Below are positions 52,401 through 64,000 of a stretch of 64,000 nucleotides of DNA, one piece after another. Numbering within the stretch: the stretch's first letter is position 1; every line of letters starts with the position of its first letter. The notes beneath the pieces were generated by a model. That model did not search any database, was not told the origin of the DNA, and saw nothing but the letters and a program-made list of their open reading frames with translations. The translations under genes were made by a program, and so were the position numbers. Source of the stretch: Bugula neritina. Its lineage: Eukaryota > Animalia > Bryozoa. The stretch lies in contig OZ037765.1 of NCBI GenBank assembly GCA_964035545.1, forward strand, positions 21,699,504 through 21,763,503, written 5' to 3'.

Positions 52401-54599
52401 GATAACACTGTTAAGAACTTGAACAATAACTTGAAATATTGAATAAATAAAATCCAACGAGCATTACCCTGACACATGAGCAAGAGCCAATATTCCAAGA
52501 ATAAGAAAGTAGCTGGAAAGCAGCATGTTAACATACTCCTTAGAAAACATCTACAATATATTAATTCAATACAGAGTGTAGTAGAAATGAAGCCTAAAAT
52601 GTTATAGTTGTAAAAGCAATGAGAAGCATGAGAAAAATTTACTTATCAGTGGCAGGAAAATGTATAACAATAATCTAATAGCAAGAAAGCACATGTAAAG
52701 AGCTTCCATGGAGAAAACAGTATACATACCTTAAATACTACATAAATACCAACAAGAAAACAGCTAGCTATTATAGGAAACATGGCTGCATCTTTTCCTG
52801 TCATGCGCTCTACAACTTCTCCAGTATCCTAAACCAAACACAAAATGTTTATAGTGATGTTAACTATAACTAATAAACTAAGCAATAAATAAAACACATT
52901 TCAAATTAATTTGTCATCATTTCTTTGGAATTACTTTTCAATAGTATAAATAAAACAAAACATAAAGGGCATAAAGTTAAATACAAACAATAAATTGCTC
53001 AACTCTCACAATAGCCGGTGAGCAACGATATAACACTATAACTATGAACAAAATTAAACTCTAATGAAATTATTTGCCTTGCCATTTGGTTTAAATTATT
53101 TGACAAACTAAGTTTGATAATAAAAAAAAATTATTTGTGATTTTTCAGACAACCTAAATACAAGAATGCTAGGAATATGAGCCAATTCAATCCATTATTG
53201 AGGTTGAATTTTGCACAATGATAAAGAAATGTTCAACGACAATTACAATGTAATAATCAAAGGGATAGTCATAGTCATAGTGTGACAGTAATAACTAATA
53301 ATAAATGAAATCATCAATCACAATGTAAATCTCTCTAAATGTATGGAAACCCAATAATTAAAGCAGAATAAAACTATCATGCTTATTTAATACTTTATTA
53401 CTACTAGTACTACCAATACCAATACTACCAGTACTACCAATACTACTAGTACTATTGATACTAATTGCACTCAGCACTGTACTTAATACTAATACTAATA
53501 GTAATAGTAAAACTAATAATGATAGTATTAGTAATTACTAAATTAATATTACTATTACTATTAGCCACTAAAAGTGTAGCAGAAAGATTAGAAAGGATTC
53601 AAAACAAGGCTGTAAGATACATAAGTGAACTGAAGGGTCGTGAAAGTGTCACTGTAGCCAGAAACCAGCTTGGATTAAAAACGTTAGCCAGTTGTCGAAG
53701 GATCACCGAGTGGGACTGCTTGTCAGAATCCTCGGGAATCAGGAACACCACAGCGCACTCTCGACCAGTTACGATGAAATTATGAAAAGCAGATCAAAGA
53801 CCACCATGTAAACTCGTGCTGCCAGCCGTGGACAACTGAACTCAATATATGCCTCATCAAACGTTTTCCGAGACAGTTTCCTTCTCAGAACAATACACGA
53901 TATGCTGCGTCTATTACAAAATGAAACTGATGACTAATGTCAAACAGCGTTACGCTGCAACCCCAGACCATAGTTTCTGCAACACCGTTTTTACTTAGCA
54001 CACCTGAGGCGCTCTGCTTGTGCTTTTAGCAATCTCGAGCGTGTAAAGGATACAGAGGTAATACAGAGTAATACTAATAGAGAAGGTAATAGTAGACGTA
54101 GTACTAGTACTAGCTGCACTTTGACTTTAGTAGAATTTCAATTTGAAAACAACAAATGCAATAAACAATTACAATGTCAATTATTATTTGTTACATTATG
54201 ATTATCATTATGATTAATATTGAAAATGATTATTATAATATTTAAAATGTTAAAATCAGTAACATCACTCATTAGTCATTACCTTCAGAAATTATGTTAA
54301 TGTTTAGGTTATCAACTAGTCTTATCTCCAAGTACAATAACTACAATAACTTTAAGTTTAAAAGTCAAAAGGAACATACTCATAGTGATAGTCATAGTGA
54401 TTGTGATACTTACTTTCTGCTTTTTGTGAAACTTTACAGATTTCATAGAGCCAAAATATATTGATACTACAGCCATAGTAAACAAGGCACCATAAGCAAG
54501 AAACATTCCCTCGGGTGAAGCGGGAACCTTTTCTCCTGCTGTGGCATTCTTGGCAGCTTCAGTTGCATTTTCAACTACTTCTTTGACGACGTCAGCCAT
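49469..54599 (-). CDS. HM13: Signal peptide peptidase (minor histocompatibility antigen H13), ~363 aa
   Basis: Exons 54414-54599, 52730-52828, 52468-52550, 52194-52282, 51925-52010, 51506-51631, 51330-51387, 50947-51067, 50274-50376, 49749-49834, 49469-49523. Catalytic YD (GLFFYDIFWVFGTDVMVTVAKSFDAPIKL), LGLGD and QPALLYLVP motifs. Confidence 0.95.
53570..54075 (+). mobile_element. 5'-truncated, decayed LINE 3' fragment in HM13 intron 1
   Basis: Encodes LERIQNKAVRYI...SVT..R.QLGLKTLA..R and, downstream, DSFLLRTI.D, typical post-RT C-terminal LINE motifs. Ends in a short tandem tail (ATACAGAGGTA/ATACAGAGTA). Confidence 0.7.
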
Positions 54600-55743
54600 G
54601 GTGGTCGTTTAAGAAAAACTGTCGCGTCAGCGATAGAAAAAAAAGGAAATCCCAAGCCAAAAGCCACGAGTAATAACCTGTAGAACCTCAATTGAAGGTT
54701 TTCGTTAAGGCGATCAATTAAACCCCCGTTATCAACTACATTTTGTTAAGCCATACAGGCTTCAAATATCATAATAATAGCTGAAATGGAATATTGATGA
54801 ATTGATAATGATATTAAACTCTCGCGGTAAAAGAATTATTTTCCTTGAAAGTTATCCTCTCTATCTTAACTGCTATTTTGTGGACATTTAAGCATAAGAT
54901 TAAGAACTCAATAGCTAGCTTGTAAAACAGTGACAAGCTTTGATATTCCTACACAAACCCAGAGAAAATGGGTAACTGGTTCCGAATAGTCTCACTTATT
55001 TTAGTTCCACTGGGACAGTAGATTTTTAGCTTTAAGTCATTAAAAATCTTTATATAGCTTAACACTCCATTCATTAAAAATCCTTTATTGGTTATTATTA
55101 AATTTATTGTGAACCATTTTCAATGCTGTGAATAATCATAATGCTATGGTGAGATGGTTCACACCTATCTCACAATAAACTAATGGTGAGATAGGTACAA
55201 ATCACAAACTATACAGATAATTAAATATTGTGTTTTAATAAATACATTCAACTATTTCAGAATCAAGGCATTGTATTATCAAAGTACTCTAGACTGTACA
55301 TTGTAGAATTGTAAAACATTCATGAAAAGTAATTGATGTGTGTAATGACTAATCAATACTTACTACAAAGCAACAAATAGAAAATGGACATTAGGAAGTA
55401 TATTATAAGGTGTATAAAGTGGCTCTAAAAATTATAAGCACATATCAATTTAATATAAACTTTTACCATATAAATCAAAAGTGTCTCTTATCTCCTTTAG
55501 ATGAATATAACAATATTTCAAAAAGTACATCTACTCTAACAATGCTAATTTATAATTGCGTATAAAAAATTAATCATGGACTTCAATAATGGACTGCTTC
55601 TTAAATATTAATTACAAAACTTAAACATAAATTCTACAGCGCTATACTTAGAATCACGAATTCTAATTTAAAGTCATTTTTACCGGCAAAACATAAAATA
55701 AAAAAACATCAATAAGCGCTACAAAGACAAATTCCAACTTGAA

Positions 55744-57150
55744 TCACAAATGGCCTAATTTCTGTGCTAAATAACCTATGGCTGATGCCTTCATGATATA
55801 CCTACCATCTGGTAGTCTCTCTACCTGATGCTCAGCTGGTAGAAGCCGAACTATGATATGACCTAAACTGTCATAACTGAGAGAAGAGTCTGGTGCTACT
55901 GGAGTTGTCCCACTACAGTTCATGGGGGCAGCAGAGTAGAGGGAGGAGGTGGAAGATGAACTCACAGCTGATGAATTTATATGCGACTGCTTGCTGGCTT
56001 TGTTCTTCTTTTTATGTATGTTTGTTGGAGCTGGAGACTGCAAGTTCTTGCGATCTTTCGGCTCCACAGAGTGACCTCTAACCTGCAGCCAATAAAGAAC
56101 TGCAATCAATATTTATCAGCTTTTATTCCATAGATAAATTCTGATATCTCATATTTCGAACTTTTCAAAAATATTTTTACAAACTTGAAACATAAATAAA
56201 AACAAACCAGTCCACCTCCAGCAGCTGCGTTATCTTCTTCAGAGTCAGATCCTCGTAAATCTACTTTCACCATCGAGGACTTTCCAGAAGTCTTTTCATC
56301 ATCAGATTCAAATCCTTCTTCCTGGAGATTGTGAAAATATACTCGGGTATAATGTCTAATTTTCACAATGAAGGATAAGCAAGGGAGAAAAAATAGAGAT
56401 AATTATTTATATTTGTACTTTAATCTATTATAGTAAACAATAGAATAACATAATTTGAAAGGTAATGAAGGACTGTCATTGTTAGGTATTATAATCTATT
56501 AATTTTGTTTCAAAAACTTTTAGAGTAATTTGACACTTCATAATATTTATACCAACAGCAGCATACAATCCATCTCTTCACACACACACCTTGAGCTTTC
56601 AGTGTATGACTAAGGAAGTAATTGTATATAAAAATTTGTAAAACATTCAGAAAACTGGTTGTGTAGCAAGAAAAATCTAAAAAAAAGCAGGAAAATACAT
56701 TATAGTGAGTAAGTAAACATATGAACCAACTAATACTAGTCAATAGCTTCAGATTCTTACCTGCACTACATTTCTTTCACTCATTTGCTGTTTTTCTGCC
56801 ATATGCTGCTGTGGGTTAGTTGCCTTAGATGCTTTACTCTTTTTGCCTACACAAAAGCATAAAACCACAAATTGTTACTAATAAATAGGAAAAAACCCAA
56901 TAGGTCCTGTACATAGTTAAAAAGTTATTAACGATAAAACTATATTCGGTTTTTATTGCTTGTATTTAATAAATAGTATTCAGTGCTAAGCAGATAATTT
57001 TAAAAAAGCAGCACAATTAAATAATGCTGAATTAATTAACTTTGATGGAATGTTTGCTACATTACAACTATGAACACAATAGAACCAGCTTTAAGTGCCG
57101 AATATATAACATAATGAATAAATCACTCTAACAGGCTTACCTTTACCCAT
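55744..57150 (-). CDS. Hypothetical ~182-aa mostly disordered protein (no recognised family)
   Basis: Phase-consistent exons 57141-57150 (ATG GGT AAA G), 56761-56846, 56208-56321, 55744-56082 give MGKGKKSKASKATNPQQHMAEKQQMSERNVVQEEGFESDDEKTSGK...DSEED...VRGHSVEPKDRK...YDSLGHIIVRLLPAEHQVERLPDGRYIMKASAIGYLAQKLGHL*. Confidence 0.6.
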
Positions 57151-59089
57151 GTCCCATTATATCTGTTCAAAGAATTCTCAAATAAAACCGACACAACTCA
57201 GCGAGGAACAAAATCTGTCATGTCACCTGATCATCAATTCTAAAAACAGAAACCACAATCATGCAAGTTTTCGCACTAAAAACAATTTACAACTCTTGTA
57301 ACAGAATATAAAAATTTCTGGAGGTTAAAGGTTTGAAAATTTTGTGTAACAAATAATAACAACGTGAACCAACAGAAATTAACTAAAGTTAAGATAGCAA
57401 TAGGTTAATCTGAGCCAGTCACACAAATGATTGGGTTTGTCATTTTTTATAATCAATTAATAATAATTAAAGAATGAAAATACCCAATGTAGTTATGATA
57501 TATAAGAGTACAATATAAAATATAGCAATTAAAAGCTGAAGCAAATTAAAAGCTGAAGCACATTAAACCAAAATCTAGGCTTCATCCAGTCTCCTATAAA
57601 GCTAGCTATGATCTATCAAAAGACTTGTCAAAGTTCAAGCTTACATATAAACTGCTTTAAAATTAATTTTGTAAGTTTTCTTATACATTTATCATTATTT
57701 TAAATACTTATAATAATTGAATATTAATATTTTATATAAATTCATAGTTGAGTCAGTTACAAATTCTAGATATTGAAAGATTAGCTAAAAGACCCAAATA
57801 TTTATTTGTCAGCTGAAAAAATGTATAGTAAAACTTAGATTTTGCACCTAAATTATCTAAACAATTAGTTCATGTCCATATTACAGTCTGTTGAAATACT
57901 GTTTATGTTTTTATCGATCCATGAGATCTTCAAATAAATGTAAGCTACTTCAACAGTTCAACAAATAAACTGCAAATTAATGCACTACTATCTGTTTTAA
58001 TTATCATATACCAAAGCTATCACAGCAGCTGTTAATTATCCTAAATTATTGATCAAAATTGTGAACTAGCTTCATTAGCCTACTTTCCAAAAAGTATTGA
58101 AATAATGATGCTAATATCAATAGCCCATTCAATAATTGATAAACAAAATATCAACCAAAGTGTTCAGTGTTATATATATTTTATAGTTTATGAATCCATA
58201 ATAGACCTCAATATGCTCCTCTGGTTTGTTGGCAGCTATTAACCATAAATTTATTAATATCCATACACATTGATTATGCAACTATCAGAGAGCAAGAATG
58301 AACTTAAATGAAAACTGGTTTGCAGCTGTAACAATTTATCTGTATATTAGCTTAATTGCAGTTCGTCAATTGGCCTACACCTGCTAATATTTCCATTAAT
58401 TACAACAATTTCATACAAAGTCAACATTCTTCCTATTAAAACATAAATTTTATTTTATAAGTAAGTAGAAAAAGTAGCTAATTAAACCTTAAAATTCAAC
58501 TACCTCGAAGTCAACTTTTTATAAATAATAACTTTTATTTATTATGAGAAAACGTGAAAATAAAACTAAGACTTCACAAAGATAATGTACAGTACAGCTA
58601 TGCTTGCAAATAATAACTACTCTCTTTTGTTATTGTCTAGGGTCTAGGCTATGTGTCAGTGTATATTCCAATGTTTTTTGCTTATGTCACTACATAGTTT
58701 TATGGCAGTAAATAGGTGACAAATTTGGAATAAAAACGAGCTGTACTCTTGATTAGTTGATGTTGTATAATTCAACTTTTAGCGGTAACAAAATTTTAAG
58801 CATACACTACTTGATTATGGTTATCACGGTTTATACCAACTGGCAACTAAAGTTTAAAAATATAACTTTTACTTCAGGAAAAAAAATGACCAACACTTAC
58901 AGTTGGTTTGCAATCCACACTGCAACTGGGGTATTGCTATATGTAGCTTTACTTTTTACATTTACTGATAGTGATTCATTTAGCAATATTTATACTACAG
59001 TAAATTTAATCAAGCTTGGCATTGGTTATAAGTATAAGCATCAGTATCACTATGACTATCTGTTCCCTTAGTTATAAAAAGTTCAAGTC

Positions 59090-59870
59090 CGTAACTGTAA
59101 AACTCTAACTAACTATATCATATACTATATGTATAACTATAAGGCCCAGTCTGAGTCTGAGATTGAGTAGGTGTAACAGTAACTGCATTTAATTGTATTT
59201 TACTATCGTCTATTACTATTAGTATTAATCTTAGACTATCAGTATCTGTATCGCTATTAGTAGGAGTATCAGTATCTGAGCTCACTTCGTAACATGGGAA
59301 CAGTAAGTGACTAAGTCAAAGTGTAACGCTAACAATAACACTAACAAACACAGTAAGTGTAACAGTATGAGTAACACTAACTGTAAGACTAAGTCAAAGT
59401 GCATGGCATTGTGATTGACTGCTACTATTAGTAACACTAACAGACTCAGAGTAAGAGTGCGACTAAGACTTAAGAGTTAAAAGTAAGAGTGCGACTAAGA
59501 CTTAAGAGTAAGAGTTAGTGTTACTAAGTGACTTGTCTCAAGAATTGTGAGTAACAGCAACATTACCACTACCAGTGTGGGTGTAAGTCAAACTGTAAGT
59601 GTTGGAGAATCACTTTAACTTTAAGTTTAGCTGTTTACGATAATCATAATGATGCCAAATGCAAAACCTCAAAGTAAAAGTAAAACTAAAAGCAAAAGAT
59701 AATCTTGAAATAAATGTGACTCAATCTGACAGTGACACTCACAGAGTGAGAGTGTCACAGTAAGTGACAATGAGTATGACTCGTCACTGGGTATAAATTA
59801 AAATACTAATAACAATAACATCAACATTATACTTAGAGTTAGTCTTACTCTTAGACTTAGATTAAATTCA
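59090..59870. repeat. Low-complexity region of degenerate AGT/ACT/AGTAAG-type short repeats
   Basis: Repeated AGTAAGAGTGCGACTAAGACTTAAGAGT (two copies, ~59449-59510), AGTAACACTAA and GACTAAGTCAAAGTG. Confidence 0.6.
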
Positions 59871-60142
59871 ATGATTCACTCGCCTCGTAAAAATATTGAT
59901 AATCCGTCAACTACCATAATCATAATGATAATAAAATTAAATGATGTTGAAAGAATAAATATATTTTCAATAAACAAAACTGCCAGTAACTGTAATGTCA
60001 TACTATAAGAATAACTTAAACTATTGGGCTTGGCTACTAGTACTAACAACTTCAACATGGGCGTAATTATTAACTAACGGGACATCAATCTGAAAGTGAA
60101 ACCAACGACGTCTACTGCAAGATGTGCTATACGTTTATATGC

Positions 60143-60152
60143 GTCACGTGAT
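60143..60152. promoter_or_regulatory. GTCACGTGAT E-box in a putative promoter of the orphan gene
   Basis: Lies in a locally CpG-richer patch (60060-60200), upstream of a candidate minus-strand non-coding first exon with a donor near 59879. Confidence 0.3.
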
Positions 60153-60962
60153 CACCATTTTCTATAAAGTTTGCTAACTGACACGCTAAATTTCGATGAC
60201 AGTTTGAAAAGAGTAAGTAACTCTAGAATACAGCAAATTAATATTTGCAGAATGCTTTCTGCTTTGAAGAGCTCCAATTTTATGTACAATGTAAAATGCT
60301 ATCATAAATTGTAGTTCAGGTCTACAGTTGGTTACCAAAGTAACACAAGCTAGTAACAAATATTAACCAACAAGTAGATGATTTAGAGTACCTAATCAAA
60401 CTGCCACTTTACTGTCTTTTTCAGAACTGTCTACCAGCTACCTAGTTAAACAACAATGCCCCCCTGTATACGAGATAATGCTCTACACACATTCCTAGCC
60501 TGCTAGTCCTTGTAAGCAACAACTCATTATAGCTAGCTCTGTAGCCAGAACTTTTATTGTAGAACTTTTTATTATATTAAACACATAATAACATGGTGGT
60601 GTTGAAAAAAGCTAAGGTTCATCATATACACTGTTTACATCTCAGAAAAATTGAAAAAAAAATAAAAGCTTTGGTACATTATTATATAAGCAGCAAAAAG
60701 GGCCACGGTTTTAGCATATGTTTCATTGGAGCTGTTGCCTCCAAACTTTAAATAAAACAAATGCAAGTCACATGGTATACACAAAGTAAATCCTACTTGA
60801 TTAACTGTATTTAAGACAAAACTATGATTGTAGATCACAGATAATTTTTGAGAAGTTGAAAAGGCAGATAGCAAAAGTAGAGAACAAATAAGTATAAATT
60901 TTGTCTCATTATCAACAGACATAAATAAGTAAGTAACGCAAATAATTGTCTTTATGAAGGCA

Positions 60963-63449
60963 CTAAGTTAGCTTCATGTGATAGGGCCACGGGGACCTTG
61001 GACTGCTCTGCGATGCAGTTGAATTGAGATTAGGTGCTCCGTGTCGACCTGACACAAGTCCCTGTTGCAGCTGTTGAGTGCCACCAATAGGAGTGCTGGG
61101 AAGAGCAAATGTTATTCCAGAGTTATTAATATCTGTAACCTGCAAGCTACCCAGATCTATTCCAGGAGGCAAAAGTCTAACCTCAAAAGTTGAGCTTGAC
61201 ATTCCTACGCCAGTATTTGATGCTAATTGCTGATTCTAAAAAGGCAAAATAATGTTCATGTGTATTAGTAACAATTTTTAGGATCACAAGCTAAAGTTAT
61301 GATATATTATCTGAAAACTTTACTCTACGTATTATGAAACACATGGCTAACTTACTGTTTGCTGGAAATTCAAAGGTGACTGAAGCTCATTAACCGACAT
61401 GGCATGAGTGAGGAGATCTGAGTTTTCAGTTATAGTCTGAAATAAAAAAGAGATTTGATTTCGAACTATTCCTGTACAGAATAAAACACTTTACTCTAGA
61501 AAGCTGCACACAGAACATAAATCTACTGCAAGATACAACCTAATAACAAAGATTATCTGAGCCATTTTTAGTCATATTTTGAGTTTAGTCATACTTTTTG
61601 AATTAGCATAGAGTCAAGAGCCTATTTAGTTGCCAGTTGGCATAAGCAATAGACTAGATAAACCTCAATCAAAAAACATATTTTCATAGAATGTGTAATG
61701 AATATGTTGCAAGGGGACATTCCTACAACTCCTCTTCATAGCGAGAACATGACCAATGTAAGTTGAATCAACTTGTTTATGCTAATCAAGTATCAGGTAG
61801 TTTTCATATGTATTTCCTTCATTAGTGCATAAACATAAATAACATGTTAAAAATGCCTAACAGAATTAAAATTAACATTTCTGTGAACATTTAAAATTCA
61901 AGTACCAAAAGGGGTAGCAGCAAACTGTACCTGGAGAAGGGTAACAACGTCGTGATTAGATGCAAGTTCCCCTGAGAGCACGTGATCACTGAGGTTGTGC
62001 TCCAACAGTTTATCAGTCCTCACAACAGGAGAGGTGTCAGTCTCGGCATGCTCTGGGTGTTTACTTCGCTTATGCTCATTAAGCTTGGCTTTGTCCGCAT
62101 ACTGCTTGTGACAATATTCACATGCAAACGGATAGCTGTAAGTCTTCCCTATGGGCTACAAGTTATTGAAAAGTTGATCAATGGCAAAAATATGGTTGCA
62201 ATCTGACAAAGTCAGGCAGTTCTATTAGCACCAAGAACAACGAACAAATTAATTTAAGGTAAATTTGTAATTAGACCAAATTTGAATTAATATTCTTCAG
62301 TATCAATTGTTTACATTTTATGCTTCCAATTTAAATTAGTTTTGCATCATTGATTATTTGATCTATTTTTTTTCAAATATTATATGTCCACATTTTTATT
62401 CACTTGAAAGAACGCTATTAGCCAACATGTAAAGTAAATTCTATTATTTACTCTAAAGGTGTTTTTCTGACAGAATTCTGACAGTAGCGAATATAAAACT
62501 AGTTTACTTCATGTTCATCGAATGACGTAGCAAAGTTTAATCATACCCGTGAGAATGTCAACATATTTTCTGTGTTCTTGGTCTTGGCAGAGGGGGGTAT
62601 TAGCTGACCAGGGTGCTTATTTTCAATGTGAAGCTTTCTCTTAGCACTAGATTTGTACACACAACTAAAACAATGCGTTCAATTTCATATTGTTAAATGT
62701 GTGCATTTAATACAATAAGCATACAATACCAAAATTTAATTTGGTTGAAATAGTTTTTTTCATCATTTAATATTGTCTTCAGCTTTAGAAACTGGAAAAA
62801 GCTATGCAACAAAACCGTAGTTATAAATGAAAGAAGGTGACAACTTTTCTCACAACCATACAACATAAGTCACTATAAGTAACAACTGTATAGAGTTCTT
62901 AAATAATCAAGCCTGAAAACTCAAATCAATTGCAATATTTCAATAAAAATTGCTTCCACTTAATAACTAGTTATACATGTAACCAAAAGGCACAAGTCTC
63001 TGGTCTTGCTGATTGTTCATCTTATCAAGTTTAGACACGAGCTGCTTGCACTTTGCAAGAGAAAACAACTTCCATTAAATTTAGGAAAATACAGCTAAAC
63101 AAAATAAAATTATTTCTAAAATGTTCAACTTCTCAAGTACTAAGATAATAAAGCTGAAACAAAAAGATAGCTGCAGAACATACCTGCAATAAGGACAAGA
63201 GAATTCTTTTTGAATTTTTATTATTGGCAAATTCAACTCATCTATGCTATTGGATGACACCTCCTTGTGATTCTTTTCAAGGTGATTGACCAGCATTCCA
63301 CGACGCTTAAAGCCAACTTGACATTCGACACACTTGTAGACGTACTGGCGATAGTCTGAAGACCGAACGCTAGACTTATGTACCTTATTGTGTATCTTCA
63401 TGGAGCTATCTCGGTTGCTTTGGTGTAACTTTCGTATGTGTTCCAGTAA
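60963..63449 (-). CDS. PRDM10: PRDM10-like C2H2 zinc-finger protein, 3' portion (5' exons beyond the window)
   Basis: Exons 63184-63449, 62547-62664, 61931-62155, 61356-61436, 60963-61235. YKCVECQVGFKRRGMLVNHL...ELNLPIIK...CPYCSCVYKSSAKRKLHIENKHPG, CEYCHKQYADKAKLNEHKRSKH and DLLTHAM match the characteristic PRDM10 C-terminal finger region. Confidence 0.8.
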
Positions 63450-64000
63450 CTACCAGCATATAAAAATTTGACATCAAACCATGTCATAACTGCACTAAAA
63501 GTCCTGGTAGAAGTAATTATTTAGACTACCATCTTCAACCGTCTTTTTCTATAGAACAAGCTTAAGTCGGATATACGATATCATAGTATTCTAACAGATA
63601 GCTGCTCAATTAAACAGCAACACTACTTTGAGGTGATAGAATTTGCATATATAAGAAGTGATTACTTAACATACACATATGTATCCAAAGATTTTCAGCA
63701 TATGTAATAGCATGAGACCTGAGTCCAAGCTATGTTGACTCAGTTACTAGAAACCTTGTGATGTAGTTGACAGCTAAAATTATTGGCTTAACCAATTTAA
63801 TCAGCTAAAGTTAAAAAAATTTGATAGTATTTTACCAGCCGTTAAAGTTTCCATAACTTAAATATACTCAATGGCCTAATTTATAAAGAGCAAGTGCTAA
63901 ATCAATTTGTTGAACCACGATTGAAAAATTTAAATGTTTCCTATCAATCGAAAGTAATTATTAATGTCAACACTCATGCACTATATGTACATATCATATT

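Noticed and set aside
59876-60058. 60-aa hydrophobic ORF (MLKLLVLVAK...) as a membrane protein
   Set aside because: Derived from low-complexity AT-rich sequence; splicing it to the 57141-57239 exon runs into stops, so it is more likely 5' UTR.
63530-63570. Candidate micro-exon supplying the RKD residues of PRDM10
   Set aside because: Could not find splice sites giving a consistent phase with the 63449 acceptor.

Overview
AT-rich, intron-rich invertebrate (metazoan) nuclear DNA; all gene models were assembled by hand from GT-AG splice sites and reading-frame continuity. (1) A 5'-truncated BLTP3/UHRF1BP1-family lipid-transfer gene (+, 23 exons, 121-19593). One intron carries a near full-length antisense CR1-group LINE with ORF1 and APE-RT ORF2. 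(2) A tandem array of five paralogous 5-exon genes on the minus strand (20026-42897), largely missed by the ORF track. Each encodes a ~150-160 aa secreted protein whose predicted mature N-terminus is His, followed by Cys/PCGG motifs and a C-terminal (F/Y)YQC(A/G/S)D(I/V). This is the hallmark pattern of histidine-brace, LPMO-fold copper proteins (X325/Bim1-like, SCE4755-like). Three copies keep the second brace His; two have Tyr or Phe instead. (3) Within the array: a 3.7-kb Sola2-like foldback transposon and tRNA-derived SINEs. (4) An HSL/GDXG-family carboxylesterase (+) with an intronic hAT element. (5) Signal peptide peptidase HM13 (-). (6) A small disordered orphan gene (-). (7) The 3' part of a PRDM10-like zinc-finger gene (-). 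The LPMO-like array is the most interesting feature; its family assignment rests on motif recognition and needs structural and biochemical confirmation.
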